From NCBI GenBank assembly GCA_963718045.1, contig OY970350.1, forward strand, positions 150,001-182,000: a DNA stretch of 32,000 nt, in the 5' to 3' direction. The notes beneath the pieces were generated by a model. That model saw only the letters and a list, made by a program, of their open reading frames with translations. It ran no database searches and was not told where the DNA came from. Shown one piece after another: positions 16,736 through 24,890 of this stretch. The DNA is from Candidatus Saccharimonadota bacterium (GTDB lineage: Bacteria > Patescibacteriota > Saccharimonadia > Saccharimonadales > UBA4665). The position numbers were made by a program, and so were the translations under genes. How positions within the stretch are numbered: the stretch's first letter is position 1; the number at the start of each line of letters is the position of its first letter.

Positions 16736-19645
16736 ATGAAGTTTAAGCAAAATAGCCGGCGTAAGCCCATAGAATACGAAAAAGACCTAATTGTTTATTG
16801 GAAGACCAATAAACTATTTGAGAAATCTGTTGAAATGCGACCTTATGACAACGCTTATGTCTTTTATGACGGCCCGCCTTTTATTACCGGAGTGCCCCAT
16901 CAGGGGAATCTTCTCTCAAGTATCGTTAAGGATGCCGTGCCTAGGTATTGGACGATGAAAGGCAAAAGAGTAGAGAGAGTTTGGGGATGGGATTGTCATG
17001 GTTTGCCGGCGGAGGTATTTACCGAGCAAAAACTAGGCATTAAGGACAGGCGGGATATTGGCAGCAAGATTAGCCTAGAAGAATATATTCAAACTTGCCA
17101 TAGCAATATGGTTCAGACTGGGAGTGAATGGGAAGAGACAATCGATAGAATTGGCCGCTGGATAGACTTTAAGGGTGCATATAAGACTATGGATAAAGAC
17201 TATATGGAGTCTGTCTGGTGGGCTTTTAAAGAGCTGTATGAACGGGGCAAGATATATGAGGGTGAAAAGGTCCTAATGTACTGCATCAGGGATGCTACGC
17301 CTATATCTAAGGCTGAAGTAGCTATGGATAATTCCTACCAGGACATTACCGATCCTTCTGTCTATGCCAGATTTAAGCTTAAAGACACGGACAGTGAACT
17401 GCTTGTTTGGACAACCGTACCATGGACGCTATTAGCCAATACAGCCTTGGTTGTTGATAAGGATGCTATCTATAGTGAAGTAAAAACGGCTGACGGTAAG
17501 TTCATTATGGCCAAAAAGTTGCTTAAGGATGTTCTCATTGATGATAAAAATAAGCCGGTAGAGTACGAGGTAATAAGAGATTTCAAGGGTATTGAACTAG
17601 TTGGAAAATCTTACGTTCCTTTCTTTAAAGATTATGGACCTAGTGCCCACAAGATCTTTGCTGCTGATTTCGTCACCATGGAGGAGGGTACTGGAATAGT
17701 CTCCCAGGCACCTGCTTACGGTGAGGAAGACTATGCCTTAGCTAAAAAAGAGGGTTTCCCCGTCGTTAGCATCATTGACGACAGCGGTATTCTGACAGTC
17801 AGCCCATGGAAGGGTCAGCAAGTCTGGGAAGCAGATAAACAGATAGCCAAGACTTATTTAGAAGAAGGTAAGGTACTGCGCATATTTTATTACTGGCACA
17901 GCTATCCTCATTGTCATAGATGCGGCACGAAGTTAATTTATAGGGCACATCCCAGCTGGTTTTTCAATATTGAAGAACAGCGGGAGTTGATGCTCGAAAA
18001 TAACGCCGGCATTAACTGGTTCCCGGCCCATATAAAGCATAGGCGTTTTGTGAACACGATAGAGAGCGCACCGGATTGGAATATTAGCCGGGACCGTTTC
18101 TGGGCTACGGCTATGCCTGTCTGGAAGGGTAAGGATAAGGACGGCAACGAAAAGATTAAAATTATTGGTTCATATAAAGAACTGGAAGAACTTTCCGGTG
18201 TCACGCTGGAGGACTATCACAGGCCTTGGGTTGATGATATAAAGTTTGAGATAGACGGAATTCGTTACTCCAGAATAGATAAGGTTTTAGACTGCTGGTT
18301 TGAATCCGGCTCAATGCCTTTTGCCATGCTGCATTACCCGTTTGAGAATACCGACAAGTTTGAAGATAACTTTCCGGGTGACTTTATTGCCGAATATGTC
18401 GGGCAGGTTAGAGCCTGGTTCTACTATCTTCACGCCATATCCGTCGGTTTATTTAACAGCCGGTCCTTTAACAACGTCATCGTAACAGGGACGATTTCAG
18501 GAAATGACGGTCGGAAAATGAGCAAAAGTTACGGCAATTTCACTGATCCTAATGAACTAATGGATCAATACAGTGCCGATGCTCTGCGTTTCTTATTCTT
18601 ATCTTCGCCGCTGTTAAATGGTGAAGATTTTAGTCTTCAGGATAAGGACGTGTCGGATGTCTACCGGAAACTTACAATGATTTGGAACATGTATGACTTC
18701 TTCACGCTCTACGCTGCTGTTGATGGTTGGGATTCCGGGCTAAAAGCAGGAGAATTACCGGAAGATCCAATGCCATCTCTGACAAACATCTTAGACAAGT
18801 GGATCGTAAGTCGGGTACACAAACTTGGTAGACAGGTTGACAGCTCAATGGAGGCTTATGATATTCCGAGTGCCACAAAGCCTATTTTAAAATTCTTAGA
18901 TGATGCCAGTAATTGGTATGTCAGAAGAAGCCGTAAGAGATTTTGGAAGACAGATAATGATGAAGATAAAGATAACGCCTATAAAACACTTCACTACGTT
19001 TTAGTTCAACTTTCTCTTATCTGTGCGCCATTTACACCTTTCTTAGCAGAAGAGCTATATATAAACCTGACCGGCGGTGAATCAGTCCACCTCCTGGATT
19101 GGCCATTACCAGGGCAGATCAGTGAGATCGTTATTAAAAATATGGATTGGGTCCGGGAAGTAATCAACGAAGGCTTAAGACAGAGGGCGGCCAAAGGCAT
19201 TAAATTAAGACAGCCTCTGTCTAAAGTAACCATAACCAGTGGCGTACCTGAGGATCCTGAACTGACATCAATAATAGCCGATGAGCTTAATGTGAAGACC
19301 ATAGACTATAAGGAGAAAGAAGGACAGACAAGTGTTGTAATTGATACTAAGATCACTGAAAACCTTAGGCTTGAAGGCTTAATGAGGGAAGTTATACGAA
19401 ACATACAACAGACAAGAAAAGATGCCGGTCTCGAGGTAGACGATCGGGTGGTACTTAATCTAAATACTAATAGCAATGACCTTAAGAAAGTTCTATCAGA
19501 TAAAGAACTTAAAGAAGTAATCACTGCAGAGACACTTACCAAGAAGTTGCTAGTGGGCAGCGAGCAAGCGACAGGTGCTTATCTTACGGTGGTCAAAATA
19601 GACAGCCAGGAGCTTGAAATAGCTATATCCAAAGTCCAAAAATAG
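16736..19645 (+). CDS. ileS: Isoleucyl-tRNA synthetase (type 2-like)
   Basis: FYDGPPFITGVPHQGN (HIGH region), GWDCHGLPAE, the editing-domain insertion, YPHCHRCGTKLIYRAHPSWF and KMSKS (GRKMSKSYGNF). The Ile assignment is supported independently by the AUC specifier in the upstream T-box. Confidence 0.92.
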   Translation: MKFKQNSRRKPIEYEKDLIVYWKTNKLFEKSVEMRPYDNAYVFYDGPPFITGVPHQGNLLSSIVKDAVPRYWTMKGKRVERVWGWDCHGLPAEVFTEQKLGIKDRRDIGSKISLEEYIQTCHSNMVQTGSEWEETIDRIGRWIDFKGAYKTMDKDYMESVWWAFKELYERGKIYEGEKVLMYCIRDATPISKAEVAMDNSYQDITDPSVYARFKLKDTDSELLVWTTVPWTLLANTALVVDKDAIYSEVKTADGKFIMAKKLLKDVLIDDKNKPVEYEVIRDFKGIELVGKSYVPFFKDYGPSAHKIFAADFVTMEEGTGIVSQAPAYGEEDYALAKKEGFPVVSIIDDSGILTVSPWKGQQVWEADKQIAKTYLEEGKVLRIFYYWHSYPHCHRCGTKLIYRAHPSWFFNIEEQRELMLENNAGINWFPAHIKHRRFVNTIESAPDWNISRDRFWATAMPVWKGKDKDGNEKIKIIGSYKELEELSGVTLEDYHRPWVDDIKFEIDGIRYSRIDKVLDCWFESGSMPFAMLHYPFENTDKFEDNFPGDFIAEYVGQVRAWFYYLHAISVGLFNSRSFNNVIVTGTISGNDGRKMSKSYGNFTDPNELMDQYSADALRFLFLSSPLLNGEDFSLQDKDVSDVYRKLTMIWNMYDFFTLYAAVDGWDSGLKAGELPEDPMPSLTNILDKWIVSRVHKLGRQVDSSMEAYDIPSATKPILKFLDDASNWYVRRSRKRFWKTDNDEDKDNAYKTLHYVLVQLSLICAPFTPFLAEELYINLTGGESVHLLDWPLPGQISEIVIKNMDWVREVINEGLRQRAAKGIKLRQPLSKVTITSGVPEDPELTSIIADELNVKTIDYKEKEGQTSVVIDTKITENLRLEGLMREVIRNIQQTRKDAGLEVDDRVVLNLNTNSNDLKKVLSDKELKEVITAETLTKKLLVGSEQATGAYLTVVKIDSQELEIAISKVQK

Positions 19646-19691
19646 AATTACTGTTTACAGATAGCAACAGATCTGGTAATCTATAGTACTT

Positions 19692-20000
19692 ATGAGTAAG
19701 GCAGTAATATCAACAGGCAGCAAACAATATCTGGTCACAGAAGGTGAGACATTTGAGGTTGAACTTCTTAAAGACCCAGGTAAGACCGTTACTTTTAAGC
19801 CGCTGCTAGTTATAGAAGATCAAAGAGTAACAATCGGTAAGCCAATTGTCGATGCTGGTCAGGTTGACGCAGAGGTTATTGAAGCTGATAAGCAAGCTGA
19901 AAAAGTAGTCTCTATAAGATACAAAGCGAAGAAACGAGTTCATACAGTTCATGGCCACCGACAGAGACATAGCGTTATCAAGATCACTAAAATTGCTTAG
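19692..20000 (+). CDS. rplU: 50S ribosomal protein L21
   Basis: AVISTGSKQYLVTEGETFEVE...KVVSIRYKAKKRVHTVHGHRQRHSVIKITKI matches the L21 pattern. Confidence 0.93.
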   Translation: MSKAVISTGSKQYLVTEGETFEVELLKDPGKTVTFKPLLVIEDQRVTIGKPIVDAGQVDAEVIEADKQAEKVVSIRYKAKKRVHTVHGHRQRHSVIKITKIA

Positions 20001-20298
20001 GGCTGTGGATAAAATATAGCAGTAATATAGTTTAGTTATCATTTATACTACACATTGTAAATTCTAGCCACACTCAGGCACTCTAAATTATATTTAGTTA
20101 CCAGATAAAAATCACTACAATAGTTACTATTTACAACGGAATATGCCTATTTTAATGTCGTAAGTGACACTATAAAGTGGGTATAAATATTATTCAAAAA
20201 ACGCTTGCACAGCACATTCCATAGAGGCATACTAAGACCATAGGGCTGCACCAAAATAGGCGCTCACCCTTGCCAACAAAAATTGGTAAAAATCATAT

Positions 20299-20328
20299 AA
20301 AAACAGGGCTTTCCATAACGGGAAGCCC
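20299..20328 (-). terminator. Minus-strand intrinsic-terminator-like hairpin
   Basis: GGGCTTTCC at 20306-14 pairs with GGGAAGCCC at 20320-28 around a 5-nt loop. Read on the minus strand there is one C.A mismatch, and the hairpin is followed by TGTTTTTAT (20305..20297). Confidence 0.4.
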
Positions 20329-20341
20329 TAAAAATATAGAT

Positions 20342-20375
20342 GACACAGCCAAAAAAGCTGTGTCTTTTACTTTTT
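20342..20375 (+). terminator. Plus-strand intrinsic terminator
   Basis: GACACAGC at 20342-49 pairs perfectly with GCTGTGTC at 20357-64 around a 7-nt loop, followed by TTTTACTTTTT (20365-75). Confidence 0.6.
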
Positions 20376-20416
20376 AGTGATAATACCGCAACTATTCGCT
20401 ATACTTGAGAGGAGAT

Positions 20417-21181
20417 ATGACACAAAGAGTTACCATAGCTATCGTTAATCAGAAAGGTGGAGTAGGTAAAACTACCACCGCCGTTAGTATGTCTGCCATG
20501 CTGGCAAAGGATTATAGCGTGCTCTTAGTAGATCTGGATGCTCAGGCGAATGCCACAAGCGGCCTAGGCATTACTAAGAAGTCTGTTAAGCTCACCACTT
20601 ATCAATTAATACTTGATGATACTGTGAACCTTGCCAATGTATCTATTCGGACAAGCTACCCAAATTTGTACCTAGTGCCAAGCGATTCCGATCTTTCTGG
20701 AGCTGAGGTAGAACTTGTACCCATGCCAAAACGGGAGTATGTCCTTAAAGAGAAGCTAGGTGATAGTAATTACGACTACATTGTAATTGATTGCCCGCCT
20801 TCATTAGGTCTTTTAACGATCAACGCACTGACAGCTGCAAGTGTTGTAATAATTCCAGTACAGACGGAATACTATGCCTTAGAGGGGCTAAGCCAGTTAT
20901 TAAATACCATTCAAGCCGTAAAAAGATCAACTAACCCAGATTTATCCATTCTAGGTGTTCTAATGACTATGTATGACAATAGAAATGCTTTAAGCGGGCA
21001 GGTAAAGGCTGAGATAGAGAATTATTTTAGCGATCTTGTATTTCGAACGGTTATCCCTAGGAATGTTCGTTTAGCGGAAGCACCAAGCTTTGGTAAAACA
21101 ATTTTTGAGTATGATAAACGGAGCAAGGGATCCAAGGCTTACAAAGCTTTAACCAGGGAAATCATCAATCGAACACGCTGA
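20417..21181 (+). CDS. parA: Chromosome partitioning ATPase ParA/Soj
   Basis: Deviant Walker A NQKGGVGKTT, DLDAQANAT, and Walker B YIVIDCPPSLG. The track start at 20405 is a TTG lying inside the SD-like GAGAGGAG, so ATG 20417 (MTQRVTIAIVNQKGG) is preferred. Confidence 0.93.
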   Translation: MTQRVTIAIVNQKGGVGKTTTAVSMSAMLAKDYSVLLVDLDAQANATSGLGITKKSVKLTTYQLILDDTVNLANVSIRTSYPNLYLVPSDSDLSGAEVELVPMPKREYVLKEKLGDSNYDYIVIDCPPSLGLLTINALTAASVVIIPVQTEYYALEGLSQLLNTIQAVKRSTNPDLSILGVLMTMYDNRNALSGQVKAEIENYFSDLVFRTVIPRNVRLAEAPSFGKTIFEYDKRSKGSKAYKALTREIINRTR

Positions 21182-22063
21182 CTAAAAGAAAAGGTTAATA
21201 ATTCTAGTTAAATCGTCATCGTTTTTATATGTAATCTCCAGGCGTCCACCGTGGGCCATACGCTTTAAACTAACAATCGTGTTTAATTTCTTGGATAACA
21301 TCTTCGTCTCTTTAGTTTCGGTTGCCGTTCTGGCAGATGCTTTCTTAGTTTCTTTAATACCGGTCTTAAGACTGGTAACAAATTGTTCTGACTGACGAAC
21401 ATTCCAGTTTTTTTGGATTATTGCATGTAGTAGATATTCTTGTTGGTCTGGGTATTCGGCTATTGCCAGTATCTGCCTAGCATGACCCTCAGTCATTTTG
21501 TTCGTATTTAATGCTTCCTTGGCTTTTTCAGGCAGTTTTAGCAGTCGTACCACATTAATTATGGTTGAGCTGGCCTTACCTAATCTTTTGGCTATGTCAT
21601 CATAGGAGAAGTTAAACTGAGCGTGCAGTTTCTCAATACTAATGGCTTGTTCTAGGGGAGTAAGATCAACCCTTTGGACGTTTTCTATCAGTGCGATTTC
21701 AATTTGTTCTAGTTCTTTCCTTTTTCTCACTACGGCCGGTACGGAATCAAGCCCGGCTACTTTGGCCGCACGCCAGCGTCTTTCACCGGCAACTATTACG
21801 TAGGCGCCATCTTGAGGAGTTACAAGAAGTGGTTGTATAACACCGTATCTTTTAATCGAGCTAGCAAGCTCATTTAAAGCATCTTCATCAAAGTGTCTTC
21901 TTGGCTGTCCTGGGTTCGGTTTAAGTTTGTCTAAGGGTATTTTTTCTATCCGGTCTTCAGGAGATAAGAGGATGCTTTTATCAAAGTCTAAAGGCAGCAG
22001 AGCCTCAAAACCTTTTCCTAACCCTCTTTTTGTTGGCCTATCCATATTATATGAATATACCAC
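21182..22063 (-). CDS. parB: Chromosome partitioning protein ParB/Spo0J
   Basis: KRGLGKGFEALL N-terminus, the ParB box IVAGERRWRAAKVAG (CTP-binding GERRxRA), and an HTH segment SYDDIAKRLGKASSTIINVVRLLKLP. The start is either GTG 22063 or ATG 22045 (MDRPTKRGLGKG). Confidence 0.92.
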   Translation of the reverse strand: MVYSYNMDRPTKRGLGKGFEALLPLDFDKSILLSPEDRIEKIPLDKLKPNPGQPRRHFDEDALNELASSIKRYGVIQPLLVTPQDGAYVIVAGERRWRAAKVAGLDSVPAVVRKRKELEQIEIALIENVQRVDLTPLEQAISIEKLHAQFNFSYDDIAKRLGKASSTIINVVRLLKLPEKAKEALNTNKMTEGHARQILAIAEYPDQQEYLLHAIIQKNWNVRQSEQFVTSLKTGIKETKKASARTATETKETKMLSKKLNTIVSLKRMAHGGRLEITYKNDDDLTRIINLFF

Positions 22064-22093
22064 GAGATATACTTCTCTGCTCGAATTAAATAA

Positions 22094-22726
22094 CTAATAG
22101 ACACCCATATGATCTAGTGGATAGATTCTGAAGACTAATTGGCCGATAATTTGATTAGCATTAATTGGACCAAAGGCCCTTGAATCCAGCGAATCAGGCC
22201 GGTTATCACCAGAGACAAACAGCTGATCCGGTCCTAATTTCACTGTTAGATCGTCAGAAGTATAAGGTATATTTTTACCGTATGGCAGTGTTTTGTCAGG
22301 ATCAAAACCATGCGGGTGCTGTTTGTTATAGATCGTATATTCACCATTTCTTAAGACAACCGTATCGCCTGGCAAGCCGATAACCCTTTTTATCAGCTGT
22401 TTGGTGTTTTGCTGACCAAATTTGGCTAAACCGCTTTCGGTGAAAACAATAATATCACCACGCTTCGGTATATATGGATGGTCAGTTATGTCTGCCCATG
22501 TTCTTGGGACCTTCCAAATAATTAATTTGTCATTGTTTTTTAGTGTCGGTTCCATGCTGACACCGTCAACCTGGTAAGACCGGAAAACAAAATTAATCAT
22601 TAAGATAGCTACGGCAAACAGAAATACCATTAAAAAGAAGACCCATAGAACGTCTTTAATAGCGGATCTATCTTTTATTATTAGGTCTTTATGCTCTGCC
22701 TTAATATCCGATGAGTTACTATCCAT
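22094..22726 (-). CDS. lepB: Signal peptidase I
   Basis: N-terminal TM anchor, catalytic Ser box VDGVSMEPTL, Lys box LIKRVIGLPGD, and GDNRPDSLDSR. Confidence 0.93.
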   Translation of the reverse strand: MDSNSSDIKAEHKDLIIKDRSAIKDVLWVFFLMVFLFAVAILMINFVFRSYQVDGVSMEPTLKNNDKLIIWKVPRTWADITDHPYIPKRGDIIVFTESGLAKFGQQNTKQLIKRVIGLPGDTVVLRNGEYTIYNKQHPHGFDPDKTLPYGKNIPYTSDDLTVKLGPDQLFVSGDNRPDSLDSRAFGPINANQIIGQLVFRIYPLDHMGVY

Positions 22727-22791
22727 AGCTTTAGACTATATCATGAATAAGTAGGCTCTACGGTACTAATTTGTTATCATATTAAGTGCTC

Positions 22792-23541
22792 ATGAGACCA
22801 TTAGTTGACAAGATTAGACCGACTGCTGGATTTGCTAAAGTCATGCATACTATATTGCTTGTTCTTTTACCAATAGCAGTTTTTATATTGGTCCGGCTAA
22901 ACTTTGTTCAGCTAGCCTTCAGTCTGGTGTTATTAAGTAAATGGCGTATGGTAGCAGTAAGACCTAGATTTTGGCCAGCTAATATTCGAGCCAACTCTGT
23001 AGACATAATTGTTGGCTTATCTATTGTCATATTCATGGTTCATGCCTCTAGTATTGGCTATCAGTTAATCTGGGTTGTACTTTATGGCTTATGGTTGTTA
23101 GTTATAAAGCCAGCCAGCAGTCTCCTGATGGTTTCGACCCAGGCCTTTATTGGCCAGTTATGTGGGCTTATGGCTCTTTACCTAGCCTGGGCAACGGGCC
23201 CTCTGTACGGTCTCACTCTTTTAACCGGGCTAATTTGTTACTTTGCCGCCAGACACTTCTTTGACGGCTTCGATGAGCCATACGCCAAACTGCTGGCATA
23301 TATATGGGCTTACTTCGGCGCTTCACTAGCTTGGCTGTTATCCCACTGGCTAATCTACTACCGCTTCTTATCCCAGCCAACTCTCCTGTTATCTACTCTT
23401 GGCTATGGCTTATGCGTCCTTTATTATCTAGACCACAAAGACAGACTAAGTAAGGCCATAAGAAGACAGTTTATTTTTGTAATGATCGCAATTGTATTAA
23501 TTGTTTTGACTTTCTCTAACTGGGGAGCTAAAGTCGTATAA
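22792..23541 (+). CDS. Polytopic integral membrane protein of unknown function
   Basis: About eight or nine hydrophobic segments, e.g. VMHTILLVLLPIAVFILV, IIVGLSIVIFMVHA, LLAYIWAYFGASLAWLLSHWLIY and FIFVMIAIVLIVLTF. I recognise no catalytic motif. The start is GTG 22786 or ATG 22792. Confidence 0.7.
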   Translation: MRPLVDKIRPTAGFAKVMHTILLVLLPIAVFILVRLNFVQLAFSLVLLSKWRMVAVRPRFWPANIRANSVDIIVGLSIVIFMVHASSIGYQLIWVVLYGLWLLVIKPASSLLMVSTQAFIGQLCGLMALYLAWATGPLYGLTLLTGLICYFAARHFFDGFDEPYAKLLAYIWAYFGASLAWLLSHWLIYYRFLSQPTLLLSTLGYGLCVLYYLDHKDRLSKAIRRQFIFVMIAIVLIVLTFSNWGAKVV

Positions 23542-23558
23542 CTGAAAGGGAGGGTAAA

Positions 23559-24890
23559 ATGGCGGAAAAAGGCAAAGACGACGGCAAAATAAACAGTATC
23601 TCTACTAAATCATCTGGGAAATACAAGACCCTGACTTTTACAGTCCCGACCATTAGAAAGCTCAACATTAAAATTCCGGAAAATAAAAAGGCCAGAGTAC
23701 TGTTAGTTGTCCTAGCTTTTATCTTGGCAGCTGTAGGCAGTGGCTTCTTGGGAGGCTGGATAGAATCAAACGGCAATACAATTGTTCTTGGCAGTACTTC
23801 ATTAGGCAACCAGAAACAGATCGTAACAAGTGACAGTCAGTTAGTTACAGATATTGCAAAAACAGTTGGTCAAAGCGTCGTTTCTGTTAATGTGGCTATT
23901 AATACCAGTGGTAGCAGTGCGGCTTCAGGCAGTTCGGTTACTGGAGGCTTCGGCTTATTTGGTTTCTCTCAACCGGAGGAAGAGCAAGCTGCTGGTACGG
24001 GCATAATCATCTCTTCTAACGGCATCATACTAACCAACCGTCATGTTGTTCCACAGGGAACAACCAGTGTAAGTGTGACTTTAAGTAATGGCACCGAGCT
24101 TAAGGATGTTAGTGTAATTGGCAGGACAAACCCCTCTGATAGTCTAGATATTGCTTTCTTGAAAATTAATAATGCAGAAGGTCAAAAAATTGTCCCCGCA
24201 GCTATAGGTGACTCATCTCAAATGCAAGTGGGCAATGAAGTGGTGGCAATCGGTAACGCTCTTGGTCAATTTCAAAACACAGTAACCAGCGGCATTATCT
24301 CCGGTTATGGTCGCGACGTTACGGCTACAGCTGATACTGGCGGAGTAGGCTCGGCTACTACCGACAGCGAGAACCTAGTTGACCTATTTCAAACTGACGC
24401 TGCGATTAACGAAGGCAACTCTGGTGGTCCTTTAGTAAATCTCAATGGCCAAGTAATTGGTATCAATACAGCTATTGCCGGCAATGCCCAAAATATTGGC
24501 TTCTCAATCCCGATCAATGACGTTAAGGGTCTAATTAACCAAGTTCTTAAGAATGGTACGTTTGCTATGCCTTATCTTGGTATAAGATACATACCGTTGA
24601 CCCCTGATGTAGCCGATGAATATAATCTTAGTGTTCAAAACGGAGCATTCATTGCGCCTTCAAATGACTCGTCTGAGCCCTCAATACTGCCAAATTCACC
24701 TGCATCAAGTGCTGGGCTTGAAGTAAATGACATAATCACAGCAGTCAATGGTACCCCTATAAACCAGGAAAATAGCCTGACCAGTCTGATCGATCAGTAC
24801 ACCCCTGGTACTAACATCAGCCTAACCGTTATACGGAACGGTAAAACAATACAAATTAGTGCTACTTTAGGTACCGAACCATCATCTTAG
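23559..24890 (+). CDS. htrA: Membrane-anchored HtrA/DegP-family serine protease with one PDZ domain
   Basis: Catalytic triad contexts TNRHVV (His), DIAFLKI (Asp) and GNSGGPLVN (Ser), with a C-terminal PDZ (GLEVNDIITAVNG) and an N-terminal TM segment. AGGGAGGG SD before the ATG. Confidence 0.92.
   Translation: MAEKGKDDGKINSISTKSSGKYKTLTFTVPTIRKLNIKIPENKKARVLLVVLAFILAAVGSGFLGGWIESNGNTIVLGSTSLGNQKQIVTSDSQLVTDIAKTVGQSVVSVNVAINTSGSSAASGSSVTGGFGLFGFSQPEEEQAAGTGIIISSNGIILTNRHVVPQGTTSVSVTLSNGTELKDVSVIGRTNPSDSLDIAFLKINNAEGQKIVPAAIGDSSQMQVGNEVVAIGNALGQFQNTVTSGIISGYGRDVTATADTGGVGSATTDSENLVDLFQTDAAINEGNSGGPLVNLNGQVIGINTAIAGNAQNIGFSIPINDVKGLINQVLKNGTFAMPYLGIRYIPLTPDVADEYNLSVQNGAFIAPSNDSSEPSILPNSPASSAGLEVNDIITAVNGTPINQENSLTSLIDQYTPGTNISLTVIRNGKTIQISATLGTEPSS

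Noticed and set aside
16708-16738. Translational (SD-sequestering) T-box mechanism as in actinobacterial ileS leaders
   Set aside because: The SD-like GAGAGGA (16708-14) lies about 21 nt from ATG 16736, too far to serve it. A U6 tract directly follows the helix, which favours transcription termination.
20340-20408. 22-codon ORF (MTQPKKLCLLLFSDNTATIRYT) upstream of parA that shares ATGACACA with the parA start
   Set aside because: It has no SD or appropriately spaced -10 box. It spans the plus-strand terminator hairpin, and the shared 8-mer is short enough to be chance.
20001-20416. Calling this gap the chromosomal replication origin (oriC)
   Set aside because: Only one perfect DnaA box (20004-12) and one 7/9 match (20064-72) are present. 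A single 9-mer match is not far from chance expectation in 32 kb on both strands. No dnaA or dnaN is nearby, and I cannot compute contig-wide GC skew. It is kept as a possibility inside a finding, not as a feature.
1765-22063. Upstream-extended starts from the ORF track: GTG 1765, TTG 7499, TTG 9862, ATG 12705 and TTG 20405
   Set aside because: In each case a downstream ATG gives the family-typical N-terminus and has a better-placed SD or -10 box. The extensions add non-homologous residues. For parB (GTG 22063 vs ATG 22045) and the membrane protein (GTG 22786 vs ATG 22792), I could not decide firmly.
23528-23809. 93-aa minus-strand ORF overlapping the htrA 5' end
   Set aside because: It is antisense to the HtrA N-terminal anchor region, which has its own strong SD (AGGGAGGG). 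It has no motif support.
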